Of a stretch of DNA of 33,725 nucleotides, positions 15,691 through 25,235 are shown piece by piece. Under the pieces are notes generated by a model. It did no database searches. It had not been told where the DNA came from and was given only the letters and a program-made list of their open reading frames with translations. The number at the start of each line of letters is the position of its first letter. Position 1 is the first letter of the stretch. Both the position numbers and the translations under genes were made by a program. Source of the DNA: Minisyncoccota bacterium (GTDB lineage Bacteria; Patescibacteriota; Minisyncoccia; Minisyncoccales; JAZKSW01); assembly GCA_036625875.1 (NCBI GenBank), contig JAZKSW010000002.1:1-33725 (forward strand), written 5' to 3'.

Positions 15691-16935
15691 ATGCAGGAAT
15701 TGATTGATTTTTTCATAAAATTAGGACAATTAAAAGGGAATGAAAGAAAAAGGTGGAAGTTGAATGGATTGAAAAAAGTAGAAAGTACGGCCAGCCACAT
15801 GTTCAGGGTGGCTATTTTAAGTTGGTTGTTGGCAGAGAAAACCAGTTTAGATACAGAACGAATCATAAAAATAGCTTTGATTCATGATATATGTGAAATT
15901 AACACCGAAGAAGTTTTAAGTGATCCTACCTTACTTAATAATAGCAGTGAGGAGAAAAAGGAGATGGGAAATAAAAAAGAAAAAGCTAAAAAGCAAGCCC
16001 TTTCCGAGCTGGTGAAGGGCCTGCCCTTTCAGCGAGAATTTGAGAAACTTTACTTAGATCTTTTCGAGGAAGCTACAAAAGAAGCTAAGTTTGTAGAGCA
16101 GGCTGAAAAAGCAGAAAATTATTTACAAGCCCTACAATATTGGGATCAAGGCAAAAACATTGATAAGGAAAAATGGAACGAATGGAGTGGTAGGGTATTT
16201 GATGTACCTCTTTTTATCGATTTCAAAAAAGCGATTGATAGAAAATTCTTTGGCGAGCCCGAAGACCAAGAACTAGATAAAATTGTTGATTTTCTAATAG
16301 AAGTAGGAATTTTAAAGGAGAAGCCGCGAAAAGGATGGGTTTTAATAGGCAAGGAAAATCCGGGTACGATTGCTGAACATATTTACAGAACAGCAATGAT
16401 GGCTTGGACTTTGGGACAAAGGAGTGATACTGACTTAAACATGAAGAAGGTCATAAAAACTTCTTTGATCCACGATACTTGTGAGGTAAAAACTTATGAT
16501 AAGACACCCTATGATGATAAACTACCCGAGGATAAAGAAGAACGAGCTGAACTCTTTGATAGGTGGCCACGATCCTCTCAGGCAGAGAAGAAAGAAGAAT
16601 CATTAGAAAAAGATGAGAGAGAAATTGAATCTATAAAAAACTTAACTAATAGCTTGCCTCCTTATTTAAAAGAAGAGATCAGAGAGTTACAGATGGATTA
16701 CATCAAGCAGATAAGCAAAGAAACTTATTTTGTTAAGCAAATAAACAGATTGGAGGCTTTACTGCAAGCTTTGGAATATGGCGAAGAAGATAAACGGAGA
16801 CCTTTCCATTCATGGTGGGTAGGAACAAAAGAATTGATAGATGAACCTACTTTAGTGGAATTTTTAAAAGCTTTGGATGATAAATTTAAGCACCTAGAAG
16901 AAAAGTATCCTCGAAGGGAACTTGAAAAGGCATAA
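15691..16935 (+). CDS. Tandem HD-domain protein (HDDC2/YfbR-like, two domains)
   Basis: LK...R..W, ESTASHMFR..ALIHDICE, and a second copy RKGW..TIAEHIYR..SLIHDTCE. Confidence 0.88.
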   Translation: MQELIDFFIKLGQLKGNERKRWKLNGLKKVESTASHMFRVAILSWLLAEKTSLDTERIIKIALIHDICEINTEEVLSDPTLLNNSSEEKKEMGNKKEKAKKQALSELVKGLPFQREFEKLYLDLFEEATKEAKFVEQAEKAENYLQALQYWDQGKNIDKEKWNEWSGRVFDVPLFIDFKKAIDRKFFGEPEDQELDKIVDFLIEVGILKEKPRKGWVLIGKENPGTIAEHIYRTAMMAWTLGQRSDTDLNMKKVIKTSLIHDTCEVKTYDKTPYDDKLPEDKEERAELFDRWPRSSQAEKKEESLEKDEREIESIKNLTNSLPPYLKEEIRELQMDYIKQISKETYFVKQINRLEALLQALEYGEEDKRRPFHSWWVGTKELIDEPTLVEFLKALDDKFKHLEEKYPRRELEKA

Positions 16936-16996
16936 ATTGCCGAATTAACAAGGTTTGGTAGACAAGAAGTCTTTTTTGTGATATCCTTAAGACACT

Positions 16997-17794
16997 ATGC
17001 CTGAGTTACCAGACGTAGAATCCTTTACCAGATATTTTGAAAGAACCTCCTTAAATCAAGAAATTGAGGAGGTGATTGGAGAAACTAAGTCCTTGGTAAA
17101 GGGTACATCCTTTAAAAAATTTAGAGAAAAGTTAATTGGTGAAGAATTTGTCGATGCCAGACGGCGTGGCAAATTTTTAATTGCCGAAGTCAGTAATACG
17201 GACGAAAAAGTGGTTTTTCATTTTGGAATGACAGGAAGTTTGAGTTATTCTCGTCAGAGAGGTTCTAAATTTGGACGTGATGAGTATGCTCAAGTTACAT
17301 TTAAATTTGAGCAGGGCTACGAGTTAAGATGGATTAATATTAGGAAGTTAGGGAAAATTTATTTTGTAAAAAAACCGGAACGAATTGATTTAATAAAAGA
17401 AATGGGACCCGAGCCCTTATCTTTGAGTGAAGATAGCTTTTTAGAACTATTGGAAGAGCATGAACGCAAGAATGTAAAGACTTTTCTCATGGATCAAAGA
17501 GATATCGCCGGTATCGGAAATATTTATTCTGATGAAATACTGTTTCAAGCCGAGATAGATCCTCATCATAATATTAAAGATTTAGATGAGGAAAAGCGCA
17601 AAGAACTTTATCAAAAAATGAAAAATGTGTTGATCGAGGCCAGTAACTTATCTCATCCGGGTGCTAAATTTCCCAATTCTTGGCTTACAGCCCATAGAGA
17701 AGAGATGGAATGTCCGAATTACAAAACTCATGAGCTTACGAAAGAAACAATTGGAGGTCGAACAGCTCGTTTTTGTGATAAGTGCCAGTCATGA
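16997..17794 (+). CDS. mutM: Fpg/Nei family DNA glycosylase
   Basis: MPELPDVE, RRGK, HFGMTG, H2TH motif DQ..IAGIGNIYSDEILF, GR...FC..CQ. Confidence 0.9.
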   Translation: MPELPDVESFTRYFERTSLNQEIEEVIGETKSLVKGTSFKKFREKLIGEEFVDARRRGKFLIAEVSNTDEKVVFHFGMTGSLSYSRQRGSKFGRDEYAQVTFKFEQGYELRWINIRKLGKIYFVKKPERIDLIKEMGPEPLSLSEDSFLELLEEHERKNVKTFLMDQRDIAGIGNIYSDEILFQAEIDPHHNIKDLDEEKRKELYQKMKNVLIEASNLSHPGAKFPNSWLTAHREEMECPNYKTHELTKETIGGRTARFCDKCQS

Positions 17795-18516
17795 TTTTGA
17801 TCGGCACTTCCGGTTTTTCATACTCGGACTGGGAAGGAAGTTTTTACCCCGAGGATTTAGATAGTGGTAATCAATTGGAGTATTACACTAAACATTTCGA
17901 TACCGTAGAGTTAAATAATACTTTTTACCATCTACCTTCTAAAAAGACTTTTGTTGAGTGGCGAGAAAGAACTCCCGATGATTTCATTTTTACAGTTAAA
18001 GTATCTCGCTTTATTACTCACCGTAAATATTTAAAAGATTGTTCTGAAGCGTGGTTGAATTTTTATGAAAGAGCTAAGGCTCTCAAGGAAAAATTGGGGC
18101 CCTTTTTAGTTCAATTACCTCCTCGTTGGACTCAAAACCTTGAAAGGGTTCAGAAATTCGTACAAGTACTGAAGGAAACTTCTCCAAAGGAGCGCTTTGC
18201 TTTTGAGTTTAGAAATGAAAGTTGGTTTGATGAAAAAGTTATTGATTTCTTTAAGCAGGAGGAAAATATTACTTTGTGTATGGCTGATTCGCAAAAATGG
18301 CCCTCTGTTGAAGAGACTACGGGCAACTTTGTTTTTATGAGATTTCATGGGCCCGGTAAAGTTTATAGATCTAAGTACTCGGAGCAAGAGTTGAAACAGT
18401 GGGCAGCTGAAATTGAGCAATATCTAGAACAGAATTTGGATGTTTACTGTTACTTTAATAATGACTATAGTGAGTATGCTATTGATAATGCTAAAGCGTT
18501 AGCTGAGTTATTATGA
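17791..18516 (+). CDS. DUF72 family protein
   Basis: IGTSGFSY..W...FYP, TVELN.TFY, LVQLPP, AFEFR..SW, RFHG, YFNND; ATGA overlap with mutM. Confidence 0.93.
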   Translation: MILIGTSGFSYSDWEGSFYPEDLDSGNQLEYYTKHFDTVELNNTFYHLPSKKTFVEWRERTPDDFIFTVKVSRFITHRKYLKDCSEAWLNFYERAKALKEKLGPFLVQLPPRWTQNLERVQKFVQVLKETSPKERFAFEFRNESWFDEKVIDFFKQEENITLCMADSQKWPSVEETTGNFVFMRFHGPGKVYRSKYSEQELKQWAAEIEQYLEQNLDVYCYFNNDYSEYAIDNAKALAELL

Positions 18517-20180
18517 TTCAGAAAGAAGAAATATTGATAAGTATTGTAGTAGCTGTAGTCGTTTTACTTATATTTCAACTTCCTCTGTCTCGAAAAGCGG
18601 AGCAGGAGAAATTTGTGGTTGAATTGAATGCCTCTCAGTCGGAGTTGACTAATAAGCTGGTGGAGGAGGATTTTGTTAATAATGAATCTGCTTTTGAGTT
18701 TTGGCTTAGTGTTTGGCCGGGAGAAGTAACTCCGGGTAGTTATATACTTTCCAAGGAAATGTCTAGTATTGAGTTAGTTGATAAATTAACCGGGAAACCT
18801 CGCAAAGTATGGGTGCAAATTCCTGAGGGTTTAAGAAAAGAACAAATAGCGGAAGAATTACAGGAAAAATTGAATTGGAATGAAATGAACAAAGAGAACT
18901 TTCAGAAAGAAGCAAGAGAAGGACATTTGTTCCCTGATACTTATTTACTTAAAGAAAACTATTCCGGAAAAGAAGTGGCAAAACGAATGCATAACCATTT
19001 TAACGAAAAAATTGAAGGGTTGTTTGATGAGGCACAAAAGCAGAATATTCGTAATGATACTTTGATGGTTTTAGCTTCCATAGTACAAAGAGAAGCAGCT
19101 AATAAAGAACAAATGCCGTTAATAGCGGGAATTATCTGGAATAGGTGGTTAAACGAAAGACCATTTGAAATTGATGCTACTTTACAATACGCTTTAGGTG
19201 AACAAGGAAACTGGTGGCCTCAAGTAAAACCGAAGCATAAGGAAATTGATTCTCCCTATAATACTTACAAGTACGAAGGGAGACCACCCGCTCCCATTTG
19301 TAATCCCGGATTGGCTGCAATTAGAGCCGTAATTTTTCCTGAAGAAACCGATTATTTTTACTATCTTCATGATAAACAAGAACAAATTCACCTTGCTAAA
19401 ACTAAACAGCAACACTGGCAAAACATTGATCGGTATTTGAGATTCCCCTGGGTCTACAAACAGAAAAAATTATATAAGCTTGAAAAAGATGAAATTAATT
19501 CTATACTGGAAAAACTAAAAGAAAAATATCCCGATAAAGATAGAAGATTGGAAGCTCTTTCTCTACTTAGATTAGGAACTCCTTATCAACGAGGTTGCCT
19601 GGGAGAAGAATCCGAACGCGATAAAGATCCGATATTCCAACTGGAAACTACTGATTGTACAGCCTTTGTTTTAACGAATACCGCTTTGTTGTATTCTAAA
19701 AGTTTTCAGCAAGCCGAAAATGAGATGAAGAAGGTTAATTATCGTAATGAAATTTCTTTTGAGGATAGATTACACTTTACTACTGACCGAATAAAGGTTT
19801 CTCCCTATTTCGAACCGATTACTGAGCAAGTGACGAAGGAAAGTAAAATTAAAACCCAGCGGGTAACCTTAAACAAGATTAAGCAAGATGGAGAGCGATT
19901 AATAGACATAGATTGGCAGAAACAAGCAACGGTAAAGTATATTCCTCGGCAACATGTCGATGAAGAATTACTCTCTTCTTTACCTCAAAGTGCCGGAGTC
20001 GCTTTTGTAAATGAGGAAATGTTTGAGCTTGGCTTGGATGTAATGCACGAAGGTTTTCTACTTGATCAACGTTATTTGATTCATGCTAGTTCAGAAAGAG
20101 AAAAGGTAGTCAAAGTCAATTTCTTGAATTATTTTCAAAATACCAACTTTGACGGAATTACAGTTTATAAAATCAAATGA
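18513..20180 (+). CDS. mltG: Endolytic transglycosylase MltG fused to a DUF1460 (NlpC/P60-like) amidase domain
   Basis: IPEG, EG.LFPDTY, LASIVQREA, IDATLQY, DSPYNTY, PICNPG; then LGTPY...LGE...DCTAFV...RLHF..D...HEG...IHAS. Confidence 0.88.
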   Translation: MIQKEEILISIVVAVVVLLIFQLPLSRKAEQEKFVVELNASQSELTNKLVEEDFVNNESAFEFWLSVWPGEVTPGSYILSKEMSSIELVDKLTGKPRKVWVQIPEGLRKEQIAEELQEKLNWNEMNKENFQKEAREGHLFPDTYLLKENYSGKEVAKRMHNHFNEKIEGLFDEAQKQNIRNDTLMVLASIVQREAANKEQMPLIAGIIWNRWLNERPFEIDATLQYALGEQGNWWPQVKPKHKEIDSPYNTYKYEGRPPAPICNPGLAAIRAVIFPEETDYFYYLHDKQEQIHLAKTKQQHWQNIDRYLRFPWVYKQKKLYKLEKDEINSILEKLKEKYPDKDRRLEALSLLRLGTPYQRGCLGEESERDKDPIFQLETTDCTAFVLTNTALLYSKSFQQAENEMKKVNYRNEISFEDRLHFTTDRIKVSPYFEPITEQVTKESKIKTQRVTLNKIKQDGERLIDIDWQKQATVKYIPRQHVDEELLSSLPQSAGVAFVNEEMFELGLDVMHEGFLLDQRYLIHASSEREKVVKVNFLNYFQNTNFDGITVYKIK

Positions 20181-20272
20181 GTCCTTGTTGTGGAAAATTA
20201 GATTTTGAATACCCTTACTGTGTGATAAAATAAGTTTACTAAAGGTCCTTACCAATTAACATTGAAAAAATT

Positions 20273-21388
20273 ATGAAAAAGTTATTACTTAGTGTTATTA
20301 GTTTAGTGCTTTTGCTGGGTCTGGTGACACCAACTGCAGCTCAATTCGGTTGGTTGCCTAAGGCAGGAGTAACTCCCGACAGTCCATTCTACTTTTTGGA
20401 TCAATGGGGAGAAGGGATATCAATGGCTTTTACTTTTTCCAATGAAGCTAAAGCCAAGAAAGCGCTGAGGTTCTCAGAAGAAAGATTAGCTGAGATGAAA
20501 ACTATGTCGGAAAAAGGAAAAACTAAACAAGCCGAGAAAGCAGCTGAGAAATACCAACAGGCTTTAAATTCAGTTCAAAAAAGAAGTGAGCAAACCAAGG
20601 AAGATCAGAAAAGAGGAAAAGTTACGGCCCAAGTGGCCAGTTCCACCTCTAAGCATTTATCTGTTTTAGAGGAAACTTTAGGTAAAGTTCCGGAAGAGGC
20701 TCGATCTGCTCTTAAAAAAGCCAAAGAAAGCTCTAAGCAAGGTCATATGCAAGCCCTGGAATCTTTATCTAAAACAAACCCTGATGAAGCTGCCAAGATT
20801 GGAGCCAAAAGCCTCCAGCAGCGCTTGGAGGAGATTGAGCAGGTTACAGTGACAAATGCTACAACGGCAAAACAACTTCAGAGAGTTGAATCCATTACTA
20901 AGGATTTTCAGGATTTAAGTAAGGGGTTCAAGGAAATGACTCAAAATTCTAATAGAATAGAAGTGCAAGAAATAGTGGGTAGTAGTACTTCTCAGCATAT
21001 TGAAACCTTGAGAGGAGTTTATGAAAAGGTTCCTCAGGCTGCGAAGGAAAGCATCCAAAAAGCTATTGATGTTTCCGAGCAAGGCAGAGAAAGAGCTATG
21101 GAAGCTTTGAGAAACGCTTCTGAAAAAGGACAAAAGGGTGCGGGTGAAGCATTGGATAGAGTTGAAGGTTTGACTCCTCCAGGAGGAGCTCCTTCCCAAG
21201 GTGATTCAACTACTTCGGGACCGACGCCTGATCAACCTGATTCTCAACCGGGTCCCCAGCAACAATCAGAACAATCGGGACAATCAGAATCCCAAGAAAC
21301 TCCAGGATTGGAACCCAGTGGTGAACAAACTGACCAAGATACTGATGAACAACCCTCTGAAACACCCGGAGGAGGTCCAGGAATGTAA
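20273..21388 (+). CDS. Secreted DUF5667-like helical-repeat protein with P/Q/S/G-rich tail
   Basis: Signal peptide; AG.TPDSPFYFLD..GE, ERLAE; repeated H...L.....KVP..A...A motif. Confidence 0.75.
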   Translation: MKKLLLSVISLVLLLGLVTPTAAQFGWLPKAGVTPDSPFYFLDQWGEGISMAFTFSNEAKAKKALRFSEERLAEMKTMSEKGKTKQAEKAAEKYQQALNSVQKRSEQTKEDQKRGKVTAQVASSTSKHLSVLEETLGKVPEEARSALKKAKESSKQGHMQALESLSKTNPDEAAKIGAKSLQQRLEEIEQVTVTNATTAKQLQRVESITKDFQDLSKGFKEMTQNSNRIEVQEIVGSSTSQHIETLRGVYEKVPQAAKESIQKAIDVSEQGRERAMEALRNASEKGQKGAGEALDRVEGLTPPGGAPSQGDSTTSGPTPDQPDSQPGPQQQSEQSGQSESQETPGLEPSGEQTDQDTDEQPSETPGGGPGM

Positions 21389-21393
21389 ACAAT

Positions 21394-21423
21394 AAGCAGC
21401 CAAGGTTTTTCCTTGGCTGCTTT
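21394..21423 (+). terminator. Intrinsic terminator
   Basis: Perfect 12-bp stem AAGCAGCCAAGG-TTTTT-CCTTGGCTGCTT. Confidence 0.82.
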
Positions 21424-21452
21424 CTATGTTTTTTAAAGTTATAGATATCGAT

Positions 21453-22442
21453 ATGAAATTTTTGAAGAAAATTCTTCTCTTTGTAGTTTCACTAATAGTA
21501 GGATTAGCACTATTATTCGGTGTGGTTGAAAAAGTAGGTTGGCAAGAGATTGTCAAAAGCTTTTTTGTATTTAGGTGGTGGAAAGCCCTGATAATAATCG
21601 GTTTAACCCTATTAAGATCTTTCTTTGCACTTTGGAAATATAAATTGATTCTTAAGGCTGATGGGCTCGAGGTCCCTATCAAAAAGATAATACCATCTTT
21701 TTATTCTGGTTATCCTTTAATGTTTTTTGCTCCCGAATTTTTAATGTCCGGAGATTTTCTTAGAGGTTATGCTTTACAAAAAACAGAAGACCTACCCTGG
21801 AGAAAGACCATTGGAGCAGTAGTGGTAGACCGAATGCTGGATTGGGGAGTTTCTTTGATTACAATTTTTCTGGGGGTGTTTATTTTTCTGTTTAGAATTG
21901 GTTTACCTCCGAAGAATATCAGTTTGATTCTCGGTGGTTCTTTACTTGGAATGGGAGCGGGTTTATTTTTTCTTTACTTTAAAAATATTAGAGAAGAGAG
22001 CATATTAAAATTATTCGGTGTGCAGGGTGGAAAAGCCATTGAAGTGGAAGAGGAGGTCCATTCTATCTTTCAAAGTGGCTGGCGACGATGGGTGATGATG
22101 TTGTTTCCTTCTGCTATGGTAGGGATTACAAGGGTAATAAGAATATGGGTTTTAATTATCTTCTTGGGGGAAACAATCAGTATATTAAATTCTATCCCCC
22201 TCCTGGCATTTTTCTACTTGGGAGCCGGAGTTCCCATCCCCGCTTCGTTGGGAGTTCACGAAACAATTCAAACTTTTGCCTTTACTAAATTGTCTTTAGG
22301 AGCGGGAACAGCTACTGCTTTTTCCATGATTCTACGAGCGGGCGAATTAATTCTGGCTTTGCTTGGATCTATAGCCTTAATTAAAATAGGCTGGAACATA
22401 TTCAGGAAGATCCTTTTAGAAAGATTAAATGGTAATTCATGA
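21453..22442 (+). CDS. Lysylphosphatidylglycerol synthase TM-domain / flippase-like protein (UPF0104)
   Basis: W..IL, GD..R.Y, V.DR..D, PIP..LG..E, R motifs; polytopic; start ATG 21453 preferred. Confidence 0.85.
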   Translation: MKFLKKILLFVVSLIVGLALLFGVVEKVGWQEIVKSFFVFRWWKALIIIGLTLLRSFFALWKYKLILKADGLEVPIKKIIPSFYSGYPLMFFAPEFLMSGDFLRGYALQKTEDLPWRKTIGAVVVDRMLDWGVSLITIFLGVFIFLFRIGLPPKNISLILGGSLLGMGAGLFFLYFKNIREESILKLFGVQGGKAIEVEEEVHSIFQSGWRRWVMMLFPSAMVGITRVIRIWVLIIFLGETISILNSIPLLAFFYLGAGVPIPASLGVHETIQTFAFTKLSLGAGTATAFSMILRAGELILALLGSIALIKIGWNIFRKILLERLNGNS

Positions 22443-22846
22443 CAAAGTTTCAAGTTTCTACAAAAGGTTTCAATGATATTATAAATATTACCTCTCAAGT
22501 AAAAGAGGCGGTTGATTCCTCTGATGTAGAAGAAGGTATGGTTTTAGTTTTCGTTGCTCATTCTACTGCTGCAGTAACTACTATCGAGCACGAACGAGGA
22601 GTTTTAAAGGATTTAAAAGAAGCGGTGGAAAGATTGGCTCCTCGCGATAACAATTATCATCACAATAAAACTGCTGGAGATGGTAACGGGGATGCTCATG
22701 TTAAAGCAGCATTATTAAAGCCTAGCTTGGTTCTTCCTATTGAAGACGGAAAGTTAGATCTGGGCACTTGGCAACAACCGATTTTAATTGATTTTGATAA
22801 TAGACCTCGGGAAAGAGAAGTAATAATTAGGATTATGAAAAAGTAA
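22439..22846 (+). CDS. YjbQ/UPF0047 family protein
   Basis: INIT..V, HSTAAV...E, Y.H....GN.DAH.KA.L, LGTWQ....DFD..R.R. Confidence 0.93.
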   Translation: MTKFQVSTKGFNDIINITSQVKEAVDSSDVEEGMVLVFVAHSTAAVTTIEHERGVLKDLKEAVERLAPRDNNYHHNKTAGDGNGDAHVKAALLKPSLVLPIEDGKLDLGTWQQPILIDFDNRPREREVIIRIMKK

Positions 22847-22847
22847 T

Positions 22848-23459
22848 ATGTTTAAATCTATTAATAAGGTCATCCGAACTATGATATTTTCGGATTTAGC
22901 TTTATTATTTGGGTGGGGGCTGGTAACTCCCATTTTAGCTATTTTTATTGTACAGAATATTAAAGGGGGAGATGCTCAAGTGGCAGGGATTGCAGTAGGG
23001 ATTTATTGGTTAGTAAAATCAATACTCCAAGTTCCTTTGGCTAATTGGCTGGATAAAATTGAAGGAGAAATAGATGATTACTATGCTTTGATTTCTGGTA
23101 CACTACTGGCTAGTTTGGTACCTCTAGGTTTTATTTTTGCTAGTTTACCCTGGCACATGTATGCGCTTCAGGGTGTTCATTCTTTAGGGATGGCCTTAGC
23201 AATTCCCTCTTGGGCTGCGATTTTCACCAGACACATCGAAGATGGAAAAGAAGCACTGAGTTGGAGTTTGGATAGTTCTGCCTTGGGGGTTGGAACAGGA
23301 GTAGCAGGTATCATCGGAGGGAGTTTAGTAGAAGTAGTTGGATTTAATTCGTTATTTGTAGGTGTTAGTGTGTTGGGTTTAATTGCTACTTTAATATTGT
23401 TACTTATTCGTAAAGATATTATTCCTAAGAAACATGTTTTCCCTATGCCTAAGCCATAA
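22848..23459 (+). CDS. Half-size (about 6 TM) MFS transporter
   Basis: P..AIF, G..VG, QVP...W.D, LQ...G..., G.IGG; only 203 aa. Confidence 0.78.
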   Translation: MFKSINKVIRTMIFSDLALLFGWGLVTPILAIFIVQNIKGGDAQVAGIAVGIYWLVKSILQVPLANWLDKIEGEIDDYYALISGTLLASLVPLGFIFASLPWHMYALQGVHSLGMALAIPSWAAIFTRHIEDGKEALSWSLDSSALGVGTGVAGIIGGSLVEVVGFNSLFVGVSVLGLIATLILLLIRKDIIPKKHVFPMPKP

Positions 23460-23464
23460 TAATT

Positions 23465-25189
23465 ATGACTAACCAAGAAGTCGCAAAAATATTGTATGAA
23501 ATAGCTTCTTTTCTGGAGATGGATGAAGTTCAATTTAAGCCGCAGGCCTATCGTAAAGCGGCAGTAGCCTTAGAAAGTTTAAGTAAAGATGTAAAAGAGG
23601 TTTACGAAGAGCAAGGAGAAGAAGGTATTAAGGAGATTCCGGGAGTGGGGGAAAGTATTGCATCTAAAATTATAGAGTATATTAAAACTGGTGAGATTGA
23701 GTATTATCAAGAATTAAAAGAAGAAATGCCGATTGAAATTGATGAGATTACAGATGTAGAAGGAATAGGACCCAAGGTAGCTCAAGATTTGTATGAACAT
23801 TTGGAGATTACCAACTTGGAAGAGTTAGAAGAAGCAGCTAAGAAAGAAAAAATTAGAGATTTGTCGGGTTTTGGTAAAAAAACAGAACAGAATATCTTAG
23901 AAGGCATTGAATTTTTAAAGAAAAGCAAAGGAAGATTCGTATTAGCAGATATAATGCCTGCTGTAGAAAAAATGAAGTCGGAACTTGCTTCTTTGGCTCA
24001 GGTAGATAAAATAAAAGTAGCGGGTTCGGTTCGTAGAAAAAAAGAAACCATTGGAGATGCTGATTTTTTAGTCGTATCCGATCAACCAGAAAAAGTAATG
24101 GAGTTTTTTATTAATCGACCACAAGTCGTTAAGGTGTGGAGTAAAGGTGAAACTAAATCTTCAGTTCGCCTAAAACAAGATTTCGATGTAGATTTAAGAG
24201 TCGTTCCCGAAGAAAGTTTTGGTGCTGCCCTTCAATATTTTACTGGTTCCAAGGATCATAATATTCAGACCAGAAGAATAGCTATTGATAAAGGTTTTAA
24301 ATTGAACGAGTATGGTCTGTTTGAAGATGAAGAAAGAATAGCGGGCAAAACTGAAGAAGAAATTTATAATGCTTTGGACTTAGAAGTAATACCCCCGGAG
24401 TTGAGAGAGGACAGAGGAGAGATAGAAGCTTCACAGGAAGGCCAATTACCTGATTTAGTGGAACTAAGTGACATTAAAGGTGATTTACATTGTCATACCG
24501 ACTGGAATGGAGGTTCTCATTCTATTATGGAAATGGCTGAAGCGGCTGTAGAGAAAGGTTATGATTATCTGGGAATTGCTGATCATACTCGGTTTTTAAA
24601 AATAGAAAACGGTTTGGATGAGAAACAGTTGAATAAGCAAAGAAAGGAAATTAAAGAAGTTAATAAGAAGCTTGATGCTCAGGGGTTAGATTTTAAAGTT
24701 CTACAGGGAGCTGAGACTAATATTTTAAAAGATGGCTCTATTGATATTGATGATGAGGTAATGAAAAAGTTGGATTATGTAATTGCCGGTGTTCACTCTC
24801 ACTTTACTGTTAATGAAGATCAAATGACCAAAAGAATTGTTAAGGCCGTTAATCATCCTCAAGTGGATATTATTTCTCATCCGACGGGCAGAATCTTAAA
24901 GCAAAGGGACGAATATGATATTAATTTTGATAAGATTTTAAAAGAAGCTAAAAGAAGCAATACTGTTTTGGAAATTAACTCTTCTCCTCAACGTTTGGAT
25001 TTAAATGACGTGAATATTAAAAAAGCAATTGAGTCTGGAGTTGAATTAATTATTAATACAGATGCCCATCAAAAAGAACAATTACGTTATATGAAGTATG
25101 GGATTTACCAAGCACGCCGCGGGTGGGCAGAAGCTAGGGATATTATTAATGCTCAATCTTTGGATAGATTATTAAGGATAATTAAATGA
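23465..25189 (+). CDS. polX: DNA polymerase/3'-5' exonuclease PolX (with PHP domain)
   Basis: AY..AA, IPGVG, GSVRR.KETIGDAD, VDLR, YFTGSK.HN, PPELRE, DLHCHT, DH, HPTGR, TDAH. Confidence 0.96.
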   Translation: MTNQEVAKILYEIASFLEMDEVQFKPQAYRKAAVALESLSKDVKEVYEEQGEEGIKEIPGVGESIASKIIEYIKTGEIEYYQELKEEMPIEIDEITDVEGIGPKVAQDLYEHLEITNLEELEEAAKKEKIRDLSGFGKKTEQNILEGIEFLKKSKGRFVLADIMPAVEKMKSELASLAQVDKIKVAGSVRRKKETIGDADFLVVSDQPEKVMEFFINRPQVVKVWSKGETKSSVRLKQDFDVDLRVVPEESFGAALQYFTGSKDHNIQTRRIAIDKGFKLNEYGLFEDEERIAGKTEEEIYNALDLEVIPPELREDRGEIEASQEGQLPDLVELSDIKGDLHCHTDWNGGSHSIMEMAEAAVEKGYDYLGIADHTRFLKIENGLDEKQLNKQRKEIKEVNKKLDAQGLDFKVLQGAETNILKDGSIDIDDEVMKKLDYVIAGVHSHFTVNEDQMTKRIVKAVNHPQVDIISHPTGRILKQRDEYDINFDKILKEAKRSNTVLEINSSPQRLDLNDVNIKKAIESGVELIINTDAHQKEQLRYMKYGIYQARRGWAEARDIINAQSLDRLLRIIK

Positions 25190-25223
25190 AAAATGGCCAA
25201 GCCGGGAGATCCGAACTTGGCCA
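25189..25223. terminator. Hairpin between convergent polX and orphan gene
   Basis: TGGCCAAG...CTTGGCCA with an A run on the left (U tract on the minus strand). Confidence 0.55.
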
Positions 25224-25235
25224 AGATCTAGAAGG

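Noticed and set aside
20915-21682. Several short overlapping ORFs around the DUF5667 tail
   Set aside because: Alternative-frame or antisense shadows of low-complexity coding sequence
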